Shown one piece after another: positions 12,667 through 24,395 of a stretch of 64,000 nt of DNA. Position 1 is the first letter of the stretch. Every line of letters starts with the position of its first letter. The DNA comes from Isurus oxyrinchus. Its lineage: Eukaryota. The position numbers and the translations under genes are program-made. The notes under the pieces were generated by a model. It was not told the DNA's origin, did not search any database, and worked only from the letters and a program-made list of their open reading frames with translations. The stretch covers positions 67,766,001 to 67,830,000 of the forward strand of contig JANJGN010000002.1 in the NCBI GenBank assembly GCA_026770705.1, read 5' to 3'.

Positions 12667-13690
12667 TACTGCTCCTCCCCCCACCCCCAAGGTTCACTCT
12701 CCAACAAACTGTCAACCTTAAGCACTATTTACAATTTCCATCTGACTCCTACTCCTCCCACCCTCAACCCAGTCACTTTTTCCAAAGGTGTTAATCCCCA
12801 TGTGTTCTCAGCTCCCTTGGAGGATGTATGTGTACCCTTATCATCTCTTTGGAAGGCAAACACATTGGTGGAGTGGGATAGCAGCTTATCATGACAGCTG
12901 GCTCCTGGGCTTGTGACATTTACAATGACCTGAATGTAAAGGCAGTGAAGACCAAACAAGGAAAAAGTGATTCAAGAGAGAACCTTTCAGGACTGGACCG
13001 ATCACAACCTCTTGAAAAGGAAGACAACAAACTGAAATTCTCCCTCTCATCTTCTGGGGAAAGGTGAAAGCACTGGCCTGATAAAATGAAGCACTTTTGG
13101 CTCCTATGAAGAACCTCACAGCTGTATCATTCACTGTGCTGTGATGACGGGAGAAGCATTCAATGCCTAATCAAGGAATGAATCTCTTAGATGAAAAGAA
13201 GAATGGAGAACATTCTGAAGATACTGCTGGAGATGATGAAAGGAGGGCCTCCTTACTACTCTTAGGGTTGCAAGTTCCCTTTCAATCATTAGGTTGGATG
13301 ACTTCCACGCATGCTTCAGCGTGAAGCTGCTCCACTGCAGATATCACGGGGTCAGCAGGAGAAAGTAGGATTGCACGATCATCAACAATGGGATAACCAT
13401 CAGGACCGGATCTATAGGCAGTTCCTGCATTGTACTCTTGTCTGCAGACTTGCTTGAAAGTTCAGCAAAAGTGTTGGGTGTTTTTATGCAAGAGTCTCAG
13501 TAATAGGACAGAAATAGTGTCAGTGCTTCTTCAGATAATTGCCCTGTAGCCTACTCTTTTGTCTGATGCTATGTCATTTCCTTAGATGCTGTTTGCATTT
13601 ACACACTCCTGTACTGCAATATGCTCAATTTGTTTTGTTGTTGCACAATTTCTAATGTAAAATCCCTCTCTGTGGCTTCGTAGTGCTGGG

Positions 13691-14017
13691 TGACTGCTGA
13701 TAGCTGGATTTTAGTTCAGCCTTCTCTCTTAGATAGTTAGACTTCTCCAACTCATGCATAATTGTAATATTTTCAAGCTTCATTTGATGCTCAACTTTCA
13801 GTTTTTCTAAAGTACTCTTCAGCTACAGAAACTCCGTAGTTTGGGCCTCTGCTTCTTTACTGAAAGAAAGCTTGAGTGCTTCCATGATTTGCTGATGAGA
13901 TCCAAGTGTGAGCCCCAGCTTACATTTGTACAGATTAATAAACTCTGAACTTTAACTATTGATTTAAAATAATTTGGAGATAAGCACCTCATTCTCCCTG
14001 GATAGCTGTTTTTCTGA
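13691..14017 (-). pseudogene. CLIP1: CLIP1/CLIP-170-like coiled-coil fragment captured inside the Gypsy element
   Basis: Manual translation: SEKQLSRENEVLISKLF*INS*SSEFINLYKCKLGLTLGSHQQIMEALKLSFSKEAEAQTTEFL*LKSTLEKLKVEHQMKLENITIMHELEKSNYLREKAELKS. This is colinear with human CLIP1 as recalled ([82 protein letters not shown]). Three in-frame stops. Confidence 0.75.
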
Positions 14018-14329
14018 CTACGTGTAATTGTTGTTGCATGTCATTGGTGGGCTCAGTGGAATAAGCAGACAAATTCACCTCTTTATTACCTTCTTCAAAA
14101 AAGGAGTAATTCTCATCAAAAGAGATCATTGGCAGTGGAGACTTTTTCTTACAACATCTCCCTCAATGGCGGTTTCATTCTCTTGTACTGTTTCCTGAAA
14201 GAGCAAATTAAGGTCCAGAATGTCATGTTTTGGGTGGTCACCATAATTCCTGATACATCCTATTCCTGCTTCTTCCAGCTTGTCCCAAAGAGAAGCGAAA
14301 GAACTGCAATGTCTTCCTGTGGTCCCAGG

Positions 14330-14683
14330 ATTGAATAGAGGATGGTTGCAGTGTCTCTTTATTCAGCCATGAAACTCTGTCAGATAACATTGAGGTCCCA
14401 GCTCCCATGTCTAGTTCGGTCAGTTGCCCCTTTACACCAAAGTCAGCACTCCAATACTGGCTTTTATTTTCCTTTACTTCTCCTAGGAAGATGAATTCCT
14501 GGTTGTCAAAGACTTGAATTTCATGAATGGAGGTTCCTTTAATAGATTTCTCCTTTTGGCTTGTAAAAACGGATTCTCTGGAACGGCTGACCGTTTTAAA
14601 ATGGCTTAACTTGCCACACCATTGTCACTGTGCAATTCGGGTGGGGCGTTCTTCCTGCCTGTGGACCATCTTCCCACCAGCAT
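14330..14683 (-). pseudogene. Gypsy gag zinc knuckles and aspartic protease remnant
   Basis: ..HRQEERPTRIAQ*QWCGKLSHFKTVSRS (degenerate CCHC), then FLGEV..YWSADFGVKGQLTELDMGAGTSMLSD (DTGA-like). Confidence 0.75.
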
Positions 14684-15157
14684 GGACATAGGACAATGGC
14701 TGTTATGGATATATGAAATAGGAACAGAAGTAGGCCATTTGGTCCCACGATATTTGATAATATCATGGCTGATGTATTTGTGTTTCGAATTCCACATTCC
14801 CATCCACCCCCAATAACCTTAGTTTCCCTTGCCTAACAAAAACCTAGCTACCTCCACCTTAAAAATATTCAATGAACCCGCCACCACTGCCTTCTGACGC
14901 AGAGAGTTCCAAAGTCGTACAACGCTCGGAGAGAAAAAAATTCTCCTCATCCCTGTCCTAAAAGAGCAACCCCTAATGTTCTGGACTCACCCATAAGAGC
15001 AAACATCCTTTCCACATCCACCCTGTCAATACTATTCAAGATCTTATATACTTCAACCAAGTCATCCCTCACTTTCTAAAGTCCAGTGGAAACAAGCACA
15101 GCCTGTCCAACCTTTCCTCATAAGACAACTTGCTTATTCCAGGTATCAATCTAGTAA

Positions 15158-15374
15158 ATAAAAGCAAAATACTGCAGATGCTGGAAATCTGAAATAAAAA
15201 CAGAAAATGCCAGAAAACTCAACAGGTCTGGCAGCATCTGCGGATAGAGTTGTGCAACTTTGGAACTTTCTGCCTCAGAAGGCGGTGGAGGTAGGGTCAT
15301 TGAGTATTTTTAAGGCAGAGTTGGATAGATTCTTGTTAGACAAGGGAATCAACGAGTTAATGTTTCAATTCCGG
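15158..15374 (-). mobile_element. Short Penelope-terminal-repeat-derived element nested in CR1, containing a small plus-strand CR1 piece
   Basis: AAAAGCAAAATACTGCAGATGCTGGAAATCTGAAATAAAAACAGAAAATGC motif shared with 20520, 29700-29799 and 54793. Confidence 0.7.
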
Positions 15375-17478
15375 AACCTCCTCTGAGCTGCCTCCAATGC
15401 ATTTACATTCTTTCTTAATTAAGGTGACCAAAACTGCACACAATATTCGAGATATGGTCGCACCAATGCCCTATATAACTGAAGCATAACATCCTTCCTT
15501 TGATGTTCAATTCCTCTCATAATAAAGAATAGTATTCCATTAGCCTTCAAAATGACTTGCTGTACCTGCAAGCTAACTTTTTATGACTCATGCGTGAGAA
15601 AACCTAGATCCCTCTGCATCTCATTCCCAAAGTAATACTCTGCTTTTTTTCCTGCCAAAGCGAACAACTTCATATTTTCCCACATTATACTCCGTCTGCC
15701 ATATTTTTGCCCACTCACTCAACCTATCTATATCTGTCTGCAACCTCCATTTGTTCTCTTCACTTCATACTTTCCTACCTATCTTGGTGTCATCTGCAAA
15801 TTTAGCTATCATGCCTTCACTCCCCTCACCTAAGTCATTGATATAAATGGTAAAACGTTGAGGCCCCATCACAGACCCCTGTGGGACTCCACTCGTTACA
15901 TCCTCCAACTCAGAAAAAGACCCATACTCTCTTTTCTGCCAGCCAGCCAATCTTCTATCCGTGATAATATGTTACCCCCTACACCATGTTTTCCGCAATA
16001 ACCTTTGATGTGGCACCTTATCAAATGTCTTTGGGAAATCCAATTTACAGCACGTCTATAGGCTCACCTTTATCCACCGCACATGTTACTCCTTCGAAGA
16101 ACTCCAATAAATTGTTTAAATGTTATTTCCCTTTCACAAACCATGCTGACTCTTCCCAATTACGTTGAGTTTCTCTAAGTGTCCAGCTATAACCTGCTTA
16201 AGGATTGATTCTAACACCTTCCCTGAGAAGGAAATAAGCTAACTGGCCTATAGTTTCATGTTTTCTGCCTCCCTCCCTCCTTGAATGGAAGTGTTATATT
16301 TACTACTTTCCAGTCTGATGGAACCTTTCCAGAATCTTGCAAATTTTGGAAAATTATCACCAACGCATCTACTACCTCATCAGCCAGCTCTTTTAATACC
16401 CTAGGATGATGCCCATTAGGACCTGAAGACTTGTCAGCCCGCAGCTCCATCAGTTTGCTCAGTACTGCTTCCCTAGTGATTGTAATTTCACCAAGTTTAC
16501 CTCTCCCTTCCATCTCACGATTTACAGGTATTACTGGAATGTTTTTTGTATCTTCCATAGTGAAGACAGAAGCAAACTATTTGTTCATTTCATCTTCCAA
16601 TTCCTTATTATCTATTGACACCCCATTGTCACTTTCTAGAGGACTAACACTCATTTTACTTACTCATTCCCTGTTTAAATACCCGTAGAAACTCTTTCTA
16701 GCTAGCTTCCTTTCATACTCTAACTTATTTCTCCTGAAAAACCTTTTAATCATTCTCTGCTTTCTTTTATATTCTGACCAGTCATCTGACCTGCCACTCA
16801 TCTTTGCACAGCTATATGCTTTTTCCTTAAGTTTGATGCTTTCCTTAACTTCTTTAGTTAACTACAGATGATGGGTCCTGTCCTTGGAACTCTTCTTTAT
16901 AGTAGGAATATACTTATCCTGAGTATTCTGAAATATCCCTTTAAATGTCTGCCGCTGCTTCTCTATTGATCTCTCCCCAAGTCTAGCATCCAAATTTATT
17001 TCAGTCAACTCAGCTTTCAAGCCCACATGTCTGCCCTTATTTAAGTTTAAAATACTGGTCCTAGACCCATTCTTCTCCCTTCCAAACTGGATGTAAAATT
17101 TAATCTTATTGTGGTCGCTGCTACCTACGGGTGCCTTCACTCTGAGGTCATTAATTAACCCTGTCACATTACACAATACCAAATCTAATATAACAGGCTC
17201 TCTGGTTGGTTCCAGAGTGTGCTGCTGTAAAAAACTATATTGAAAGTGTTCTATGAACTCCTCCTCCAGGCTAGTACTGCCAATCTGATATTTCCAGTTC
17301 ATATGTAGATTAAAATCATCCATGATTATTACTATCCCGTTATCACAAGCAGCCAATATTTCTTCTTGTATATTTTGTCCTACATCCTGGTTATTGTTAG
17401 GGGGCCTGTATAGCACACCCACTAGTAACTTCTTTCCCTTACTATTCCTTGTCTCCACCCAAACCGATTTTACATCCT

Positions 17479-17609
17479 ATGTGCTCTGAAGAAGAGTCAT
17501 ATACACTTGAAACATTTACTCTGTTTATCTCTCCACAGATGCTGTCAAACCTGCTGGGTTTTTCCAGTATTTTCTGTTCTTACTTCAGATTTCCAGCATC
17601 CGCTTTTAT
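17479..17609 (+). mobile_element. 131-bp Penelope terminal-repeat unit with a degenerate hammerhead core
   Basis: CTGAAGA-AGAGTCATATACACTT-GAAA at 17486. Flanked by a 14-bp imperfect duplication CGATTTTACATCCT / CGATTCTACATCTT. Confidence 0.75.
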
Positions 17610-19110
17610 CGATTCTACATCTTGATGTCCTGAATCAAGGTCATCTCTAACTATTGCACCGATGCCATCCCTGATTAACAGTGCTACCCCTTCACCTTTA
17701 CCTAGCTTCCTAGTCTTCTTGAATGTCATATACCGCTCAATATTCAGGACCCAATCCTTGTCATCCTGCAGCCATGTCTCCATAATGGCTATCAGATCAT
17801 ATTTATTTACTTCAATGTGTGCTATCAATTTGTTTACTTTGTTATGAATGCTACCTGCATTCAGATACAGAGCCTTTAGTTTTATCTTTTTGTTATTTTT
17901 GTAACATCTAGTCTTCACTATTGGTGCATTCTTAGGTTTTATCTCTCTGTCCCTTCCTGTTATTCTATACCCTCATTTTCCATATTACTATTATGGTCTT
18001 CTGCCTTGAATCTACCCCTTGATTTACTACGTCTACTCAAGCTTGACCCCTTGTTTTAGTTTAAAGCCCTCTCTACTTCCCTAGCAGGGTTCAGGTGCAG
18101 ACCATCCCAATGGTACAGCCCCCAGTTTCCCCAGTACTGGTGCCAATGCCCCACAAACTAGAAACCACTTCTCCCACACCAATCTTTGAGCCACACATTC
18201 ATCTCTCTAATCTTATTTGCCCTATGCCAATTTGCATGTGGCTCAGGTCATAATCTTTTGATGTTCTGCTTCTTAATTTGATATCTAGCTTCCCATACTG
18301 AATATGCAGAATCTCCTTCCTTGTCCTACCTATGTCATTGGTACCTACATGGATCACAACAACTAGATCCTCCCCCTCCCACTGCAAGTTCCTCTCCAGC
18401 CTTGAGCAGATCTCCTGAACCCTTGTACCAGACAGGCAACACAGCGTTCAGGACTCTCGCTTTTTGCTGCAGAGAACAATGTCAATCCCCATCACTATAC
18501 TGTCCCCTCCTACAGTTCTGTTTTTCCTACCTGCTTGAATGACTTCCTGTACCATGGTGCCATGGCCAGCATGTTCATCAATCTTGCATACCTCACTTTT
18601 GTCCACACAGGTTGTGAGCATCTCAAACCTGTTTTTGACAATTGCAAAATCTGAGGATCCTCCACTACTGTCTGCTTGGTCTTTTTACCTGCCTCACTCA
18701 TGGTCACATCATCCTGTCCCTCAATGCTGACCAAAACAGATGACCCTATTCTAAGGGGCGTGACCATCTTCTGGAACAAAGAATCAAGGTATTTCTCCCC
18801 CTCCCTTATGTTTGTGCAGTGTCTGCAGTTTGACTTCCAGATCAATAACCCGGGTCTGGAATTTCTCTAGCTGCTTACAATTTATTTAGATGTGTTTGTC
18901 ATGGATCGCCTTGATGTCCAAAAGCTTCCACATTCCACAGCTGGAAAATAACACCTGACTTGCCAATGTTACTTACGTTATTTAGTTAACTTAATTTAAT
19001 TATTCACTTAATTAACTTAGAATAATTTCTACATACACTACACCTCTTTCTCCCATTTGCCAAATTCCCATGTGAACCTAATTTGCTGCTCACTCGGTCT
19101 CCCGCTCACC

Positions 19111-19800
19111 CCAGCATAGGTGCCTGTCTCCTCATGTGACCCTTGTTCATTGCTGCCTTTTCAGAGCATTTCCCTGGTTGCTGCCTTGCTATATTTTCAG
19201 TTTTACAAGCCACAAACTGAACGAATTCATAGAACTATTCTTGGGAAATTTCCCTCACTCCTCTGACAAAAGCATTATTCAGCCTCCACTCTTTGACCTG
19301 CTTGGCCAATTGTACAGCTTTGCTTAAATTGAAATCTTCCAGAGATTGTAAAAAGTTAGAGAGTTTTTCATCCAAATCGCCAATGACTATTCTATCTATG
19401 ATCAGGCCATCTTTTAGTGTTTCATACTCACAATTTTTGGATAGGCAGTACAATTTGTTGATGAGTGAGTTGATCCCTTCACCCTGTTTTTGACTGCATT
19501 GATTAAATTTGGCCCTCTTGATCACAATTTTTTATGAATACTGAAGTATAAGTCAAAGGCTCCGATGACATCCTCATAGGATGCTGTCTGTTCATTCACC
19601 TTCTGTCTGGCTAGCATGTCATCTGCTATGCTCCCTATAGCATATAACAAAGTGCTAACTTGATCTTTGTTTGGTTTACTTGCAAAACCTGAGGCATTGC
19701 AGTACCGGGTAAATAGCCTTTGCTAGTTTTGTCATTGCTCAGCCTGTCCGGGGACTTCAATATTTCGAAAGCATTCTGGTAGGGACAAAGTAGTAGCCAT
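19111..19800 (-). pseudogene. Gypsy gag N-terminal/capsid remnant
   Basis: KRAKFNQCSQKQGEGINSLINKLYCLSKNCEYETLKDGLIIDRIVIGDLDEKLS..LSKAVQLAKQ. Upstream QVSTLLYAIG..ADD in another frame. Confidence 0.85.
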
Positions 19801-19992
19801 TTTTCAGCCTGATTCAAAGTTGCATTTTCCAGTTGCTGGCCAGCTCTTGTTATTTTGTAATTTCAAGTGTGCTTGCTGGGTTGGCCTTAAAGTCCTTCAC
19901 CAACTGAACTGCATTATTGTTGGGCTTCACTTGAGGTCTTTTCTGCCATTTTCTACTGTTTCTCTGGGGGTGTAGTCACTGCTACCAACATC

Positions 19993-20219
19993 TGTTGCTG
20001 TGGTTTTATCTCGGTATCTGTTAGCTTCCTATTCTAGACGTGATCTTGCTGGAGGCAATGGTCTTTTGTTCAAAACACATTTATTTACATGCTGACTATT
20101 TACAAAGGTTAACTAAAACCAAGATGTAGCTAGGGCTACCCTCTGAGATGCTACTTTCATTGAGTGACATCACTTGATATATCTCCTTATGCACATGCTC
20201 AGTAACCCTTTACTCTACA
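19993..20219 (-). repeat. 5' LTR with tRNA-iMet-like PBS at ~19977-19987
   Basis: TGTAGAGT...CAGCAACA on the minus strand, followed by TGGTAGCAG. Confidence 0.85.
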
Positions 20220-20519
20220 GCTACCTTAAAATTCTCTTCACCTTTCCCAGGACTCATATGACAGCAGCTGCCAGTGAGGCAACTTGGCCTCATAGCAATT
20301 AGAGACACAGCAAGCTCTGGCAGCTCACCATGCTTATTAAGCTGAGCCCCATAGTTCAATTTCAGGAGATTCGATCAACGATCTCATCTTGCTGATCATT
20401 TAAAGTTCATGTTGGGTGATGAACAATTATTACTCCCATGTTGGGCAAAGAAATGTCTAATTGTATGGATTATTTTGCTATTTTAGTTCAGATATTGTTA
20501 AGTAAGATAGTGAATTTCC

Positions 20520-22210
20520 CAAGAGCAAAATACTGCAGATGCTGGAAATCTGAAATAAAAATAGAAAATGCTGGAAATGCTCAGCAAGTCAGACAGCATC
20601 AGTGGAGAGAAACAAAGTTAACATTTTAGATCAATGACTTTTCATCAGAATTGAGGAAAGTTAGAAATGTAACATATTTTCACAAAGTAGAAGGGGGGAA
20701 GAAAAAAGAAACAAAGGGAAGGTATGTGATAATGTGAAGTGCAGGACTGGTTAAATACTAAAGGCTTCATGTTACAAAAGCCAAATGGAGACATTATGGG
20801 GAAAGTAAAGAAGCAAAAGACATGCTTAGACGAAGTGTGAATAACAGGATAGCAGCCATCTGAAAGCAAAGTAAAACGGAACAGCAAATGGGGCAGAGGT
20901 TATGATCTAACAGTGTTGAACTCAATGTTGAGTCCAGAAGGTTGTAAAGTGCCAAGTTGAAAGATGAGATATTATTCCTCAAGCTTGCATTGAGCTTCAT
21001 AGGAACATTTGAGCAGATCAAGGACAGAAACGTAAGAGTGAGAGTATAGTAATTGTAAGTAAAACATTTCATACTGTTTTGGGGATCATGTGACTGTATA
21101 GTCAAGTCAGCCCTATACGTGGATAATCTTAGGGGCAGAGCTTTCTAGTCATGGACCTGGTTCAAGCATGTAGCTTCATTTGGAGCTCTATAAATAAAGT
21201 TTACTGTTTCTAACAAGAAACCTGTCCAGTAACCAAGTTTATTACAGAGAGCAAGGTAGACCAATGAAATGGCAAGCAACAGATAGCTCAGAGCCATACT
21301 TGCAGACTGAATGAAGGTCATTCAGTCTGCATTTGGTCTCTGTGTTTGGTCTCTTTAATGAAGATGCGACCACATTATGAGCAGCAAACACAGTGTGCTA
21401 AATTGAAAGAAGTACAAGTAAATCACTGTTTCATTTGGAAGGAGTGTTTGGAGTCTTGGACAGTGAGAAGGGAGGAGGTAAAAGGACAGATATTGCATCT
21501 CCTGTGCTTGCATGGAGATATGCCTTAGGAAAGGGATGACTGAGGAGTGACCAGGTTCTCATGGAGGGAATCATCCCTTTGGAATGTGAAAAGGGAGGTC
21601 AGAGGCAGATATGTTTAGGGATGGCATTATACTGCCAGTATCAAAATGGCAGAGGATGATCTGTTCAATTTGTAGGCTTGTGGGGTGACAGGTTAGTACA
21701 AGGGGAGCCCTATCATGGTTCTGGGAGGGAGGGAAAGGGGTGAAAACAGATGCGTGTGGAATAAATCGGACATGGTGGAGGGCCCTGTCAATCATTGTAG
21801 TGGGGTGGAGGGGTGTTTGGGGGGGTGGGGTGGTGGTGGGTGGCCAGAGAGGGGTGAGGGCATTAATCATTAGTTGAAGAAGAAGGAAGACATGTGGGAA
21901 GTGCTATTATAGAATGTTGCCTGCCAGGTGGAGGAGGATGGTGGTGGTAAGAACTGGTTTGGACCTCTGTTCAAGGAAGAAACAGAGAGCTCTTGGACTG
22001 TCCTGCTAGGATATGGAGGTATAGAGAAGTTGGATGTCCGCAGTGAAAAAAATATGGTTAGGGGCTTGCAACTGGAAACTGCTGGAATAATGGAGACCAT
22101 CGGAAGGATCATGGACGTAGGTAGGAAGACAAGGAGAGAAAAAATAGAGTTGACATAAGAAGAACTCAGTTCAGTGGCGCAGAAACAGGCTGAAACAATT
22201 GGTCTACCAT
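20520..22210 (-). mobile_element. Decayed Penelope-like element (GIY-YIG end and terminal repeat)
   Basis: Antisense homology to 28900-29799 (QCKLEEQHLIF-type region, 'RAPLVLTCHPTSLQIEQIILCHF'). Terminal repeat at 20520-20660. Confidence 0.8.
21045..21246 (+). repeat. Solo LTR (Gypsy-type) inserted in the Penelope element
   Basis: TATAGTAA (degenerate TG) ...TTATTACA ends, 5-bp TSD GAGAG at 21040-21044 and 21247-21251, AATAAA present. Motifs shared with LTR 51284-51523. Confidence 0.8.
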
Positions 22211-22211
22211 T

Positions 22212-22690
22212 GAATTTCCCCTATCTTTTCTGAACATTTTATATCCTTGAACATTAAGTCCTCACCATTTTTATACTATTTTTCTGTTATTGCCGCTCCA
22301 TCACATTCCCACATGGCTATTTGTGCTTGTAGCTCCCCAACCTTATTCACCACATTTTGTGCATTCACATACATGCATTGTAATCCTATCTTTGCATTCT
22401 CTGTAGCCCTTCTTAGTCCATTCCTATCTAATATGGAACTACTCCCTTCTATGGTCCTGTCCAACACACTTCATGCACTTTATTCCTCTTTACTTTTACA
22501 TGGTAGTGCCCATCCCCCTGCCAATTTAGTTTAAATCCTCCCCAACCAGACTGGCGAACCTCCCCACAAGAACATTGGCCCCAGTCCTGTTGAGATGAAC
22601 CCATCTCTTTGGAATATATGTCTTCTGCCCCAGAACTCATCCCAGTGTCCCAAGAATCTGAAGCCCTCCCTCTTCACTGCACCATGTTGT
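22212..22690 (-). mobile_element. CR1 ORF1/ORF2 junction fragment
   Basis: REGFRFLGHWDEFWGRRHIFQRDG and LQCMYVNAQNVVNKVGELQAQIAMWECD. Confidence 0.8.
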
Positions 22691-23284
22691 TTGAATATTA
22701 AACTAAACAAAGATATGGTTAATTTTCTGACATTGCCCACTGGAGCATGTCAAAAATTTGCATGTATGCCACATAAAGTAGTTAGATATTTATGTACCCA
22801 ACCCAAAGTGTTTCCACTGGGTGCATTATTTCAGGAAGTTATCCTGTTATTTGAATTGAAGTGTTGTACTTTACAATAGCTTTAATTTAGCATTATTAAG
22901 AAGTGATTACCAAATGTTATTGTTGCGTCAAGGCCTTGAGTACTAATACAACTTGTCCTTCTGCTCATAGTCACTTGAAAAGAGTGTTTTTGTTTTGTTC
23001 AGTGCAGTAAATTGTTTTGTGATTGAGGGATCCTCATTTCACAATTTCGAACAATTAGAAAGAATTATACAGCACAGAAATAGCTCTGTCAGCCATACCA
23101 GCAATTATGCTCTACTCAAGCTTCCTTCCATCTTTTCTCATTTAATTCCATCAGATCACCTCTATTTCCTTCTTCCTCTTATGCTAATCTGGGTTTGCCT
23201 TAAATTTGTTCATACTCTTCACTTAAACTATTCTTTGTAATAGCAAGTTCCAAAATTATTAATTAAATTATTAATATAAATTGT

Positions 23285-24395
23285 GAATAAAAAGGGTCAC
23301 AGAACTGATCATTGTGTGACCCAACTTCCCATCTTCTGCCACCCTGAATCTCTACCGCTTACCCCTACTTTCCAATTTCTGTCTTGCAACCAGCTAATCT
23401 ACTTGTTCTGCCAGTTATCCCCTGACCTTGCATACTCTGACCTTATTCACTAATCTATTATGTGGTACCTTATCAAAGACTTTTTGCAAATCTAGTTATG
23501 TTACACTTACTGCATTACCCTTGCCCACTCTCTGTTACTTCTTCAAATAATTCAATGAGAATGGTCAAGCAAGACTTACCCTTTGGAAATCCATGATGAC
23601 TATTCATTATTATATTTTTGTTTTCTACATATTTTACTATTTTCTATTTTAGTAGGGATTTCATTATTTTTCCTGCCACTGATGTGAAGCTGGCTGGCCA
23701 TGTACTATCTCTATTTTTAAATATAGATCTAGCATTTGCTCTCTGCTAGTCATCCTGCACTACATTTTTTTCAAATGAATTATTAGGCAACAGTGCCTCT
23801 GTTATCTCCCCATTGAGTTGGTAAGTTTATTTTAAAATTCTCTTTTTATCTTAAATATAGTTATATAATTTCTAATCTCATTTTTTGATGGCATATCTAC
23901 CTGATCTTTCTTGCTGGTAAATACTCAAGTGAAATATTTATTTAATACTTCTGCCATTTTGCTAGTGCTGCCTGGGATCTTTATCATGTCTATCACTTAG
24001 TGACCCTATTCCCACCCTGACTTTCCTTTTGTTTAAATGTATGTGCCTGTGGAATGTTTAACTCTTTTGTTTTATATTCCTTGATAATTTAGTTTCATAT
24101 TTCCTCTTTACCTTCCTAATCGTTTTTTTTTACTTCTCTCCTAATCTCCTTGCATGCTCTCCTCTGTTATCTATGCACTTAGTGAGCTTCTTTATCCTTT
24201 CCACATTTTTTACCAAATGTCCTTACTTATCCACCGTATCTCATTATTGTTTAACTTGTTCTTGTTTTTAGCAGAATATATCTTTCTGGATTCTGTTGAA
24301 TATGTTTAAATGCTTCTCATTGCCATTCTACATCATTGTTTGCTAAGATTGTTGTCAATTTCATTTTCCTAAATTGCATTCTCAGCCCATCAAGT
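23285..24395 (-). mobile_element. Old CR1 ORF2 fragment
   Basis: Antisense remnants of QHGF.KGKSCLT, LDLQKVFDKVPH and the GV.QGS region. Confidence 0.7.

Larger units (their letters stand above)
14684..19110 (-). mobile_element. Near full-length CR1 LINE (ORF1 esterase, ORF2 APE+RT) inserted in the Gypsy gag
   Basis: ORF1 VVVIHVGTNDIGR (18199-18387). Endonuclease [54 protein letters not shown]. Candidate TSD CCAGCAT at 14677-14683 and 19111-19117. Confidence 0.92.
12422..20219 (-). mobile_element. Non-autonomous Gypsy (Mag/K02A2.6-like) LTR retrotransposon with gag and protease, pol replaced by other sequence, interrupted by a CR1
   Basis: Two homologous direct LTRs (12422-12666, 19993-20219). 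PBS TGGTAGCAG follows the 5' LTR and a PPT GGGGTGGGGGGAGGAG precedes the 3' LTR. Gag, zinc-knuckle and protease remnants present. No clear TSD. Confidence 0.85.

Noticed and set aside
13691-14017. Functional exon of the host CLIP1 locus
   Set aside because: It has three in-frame stops, no convincing splice sites, lies inside an LTR element, and no other CLIP1 exons occur in the window.
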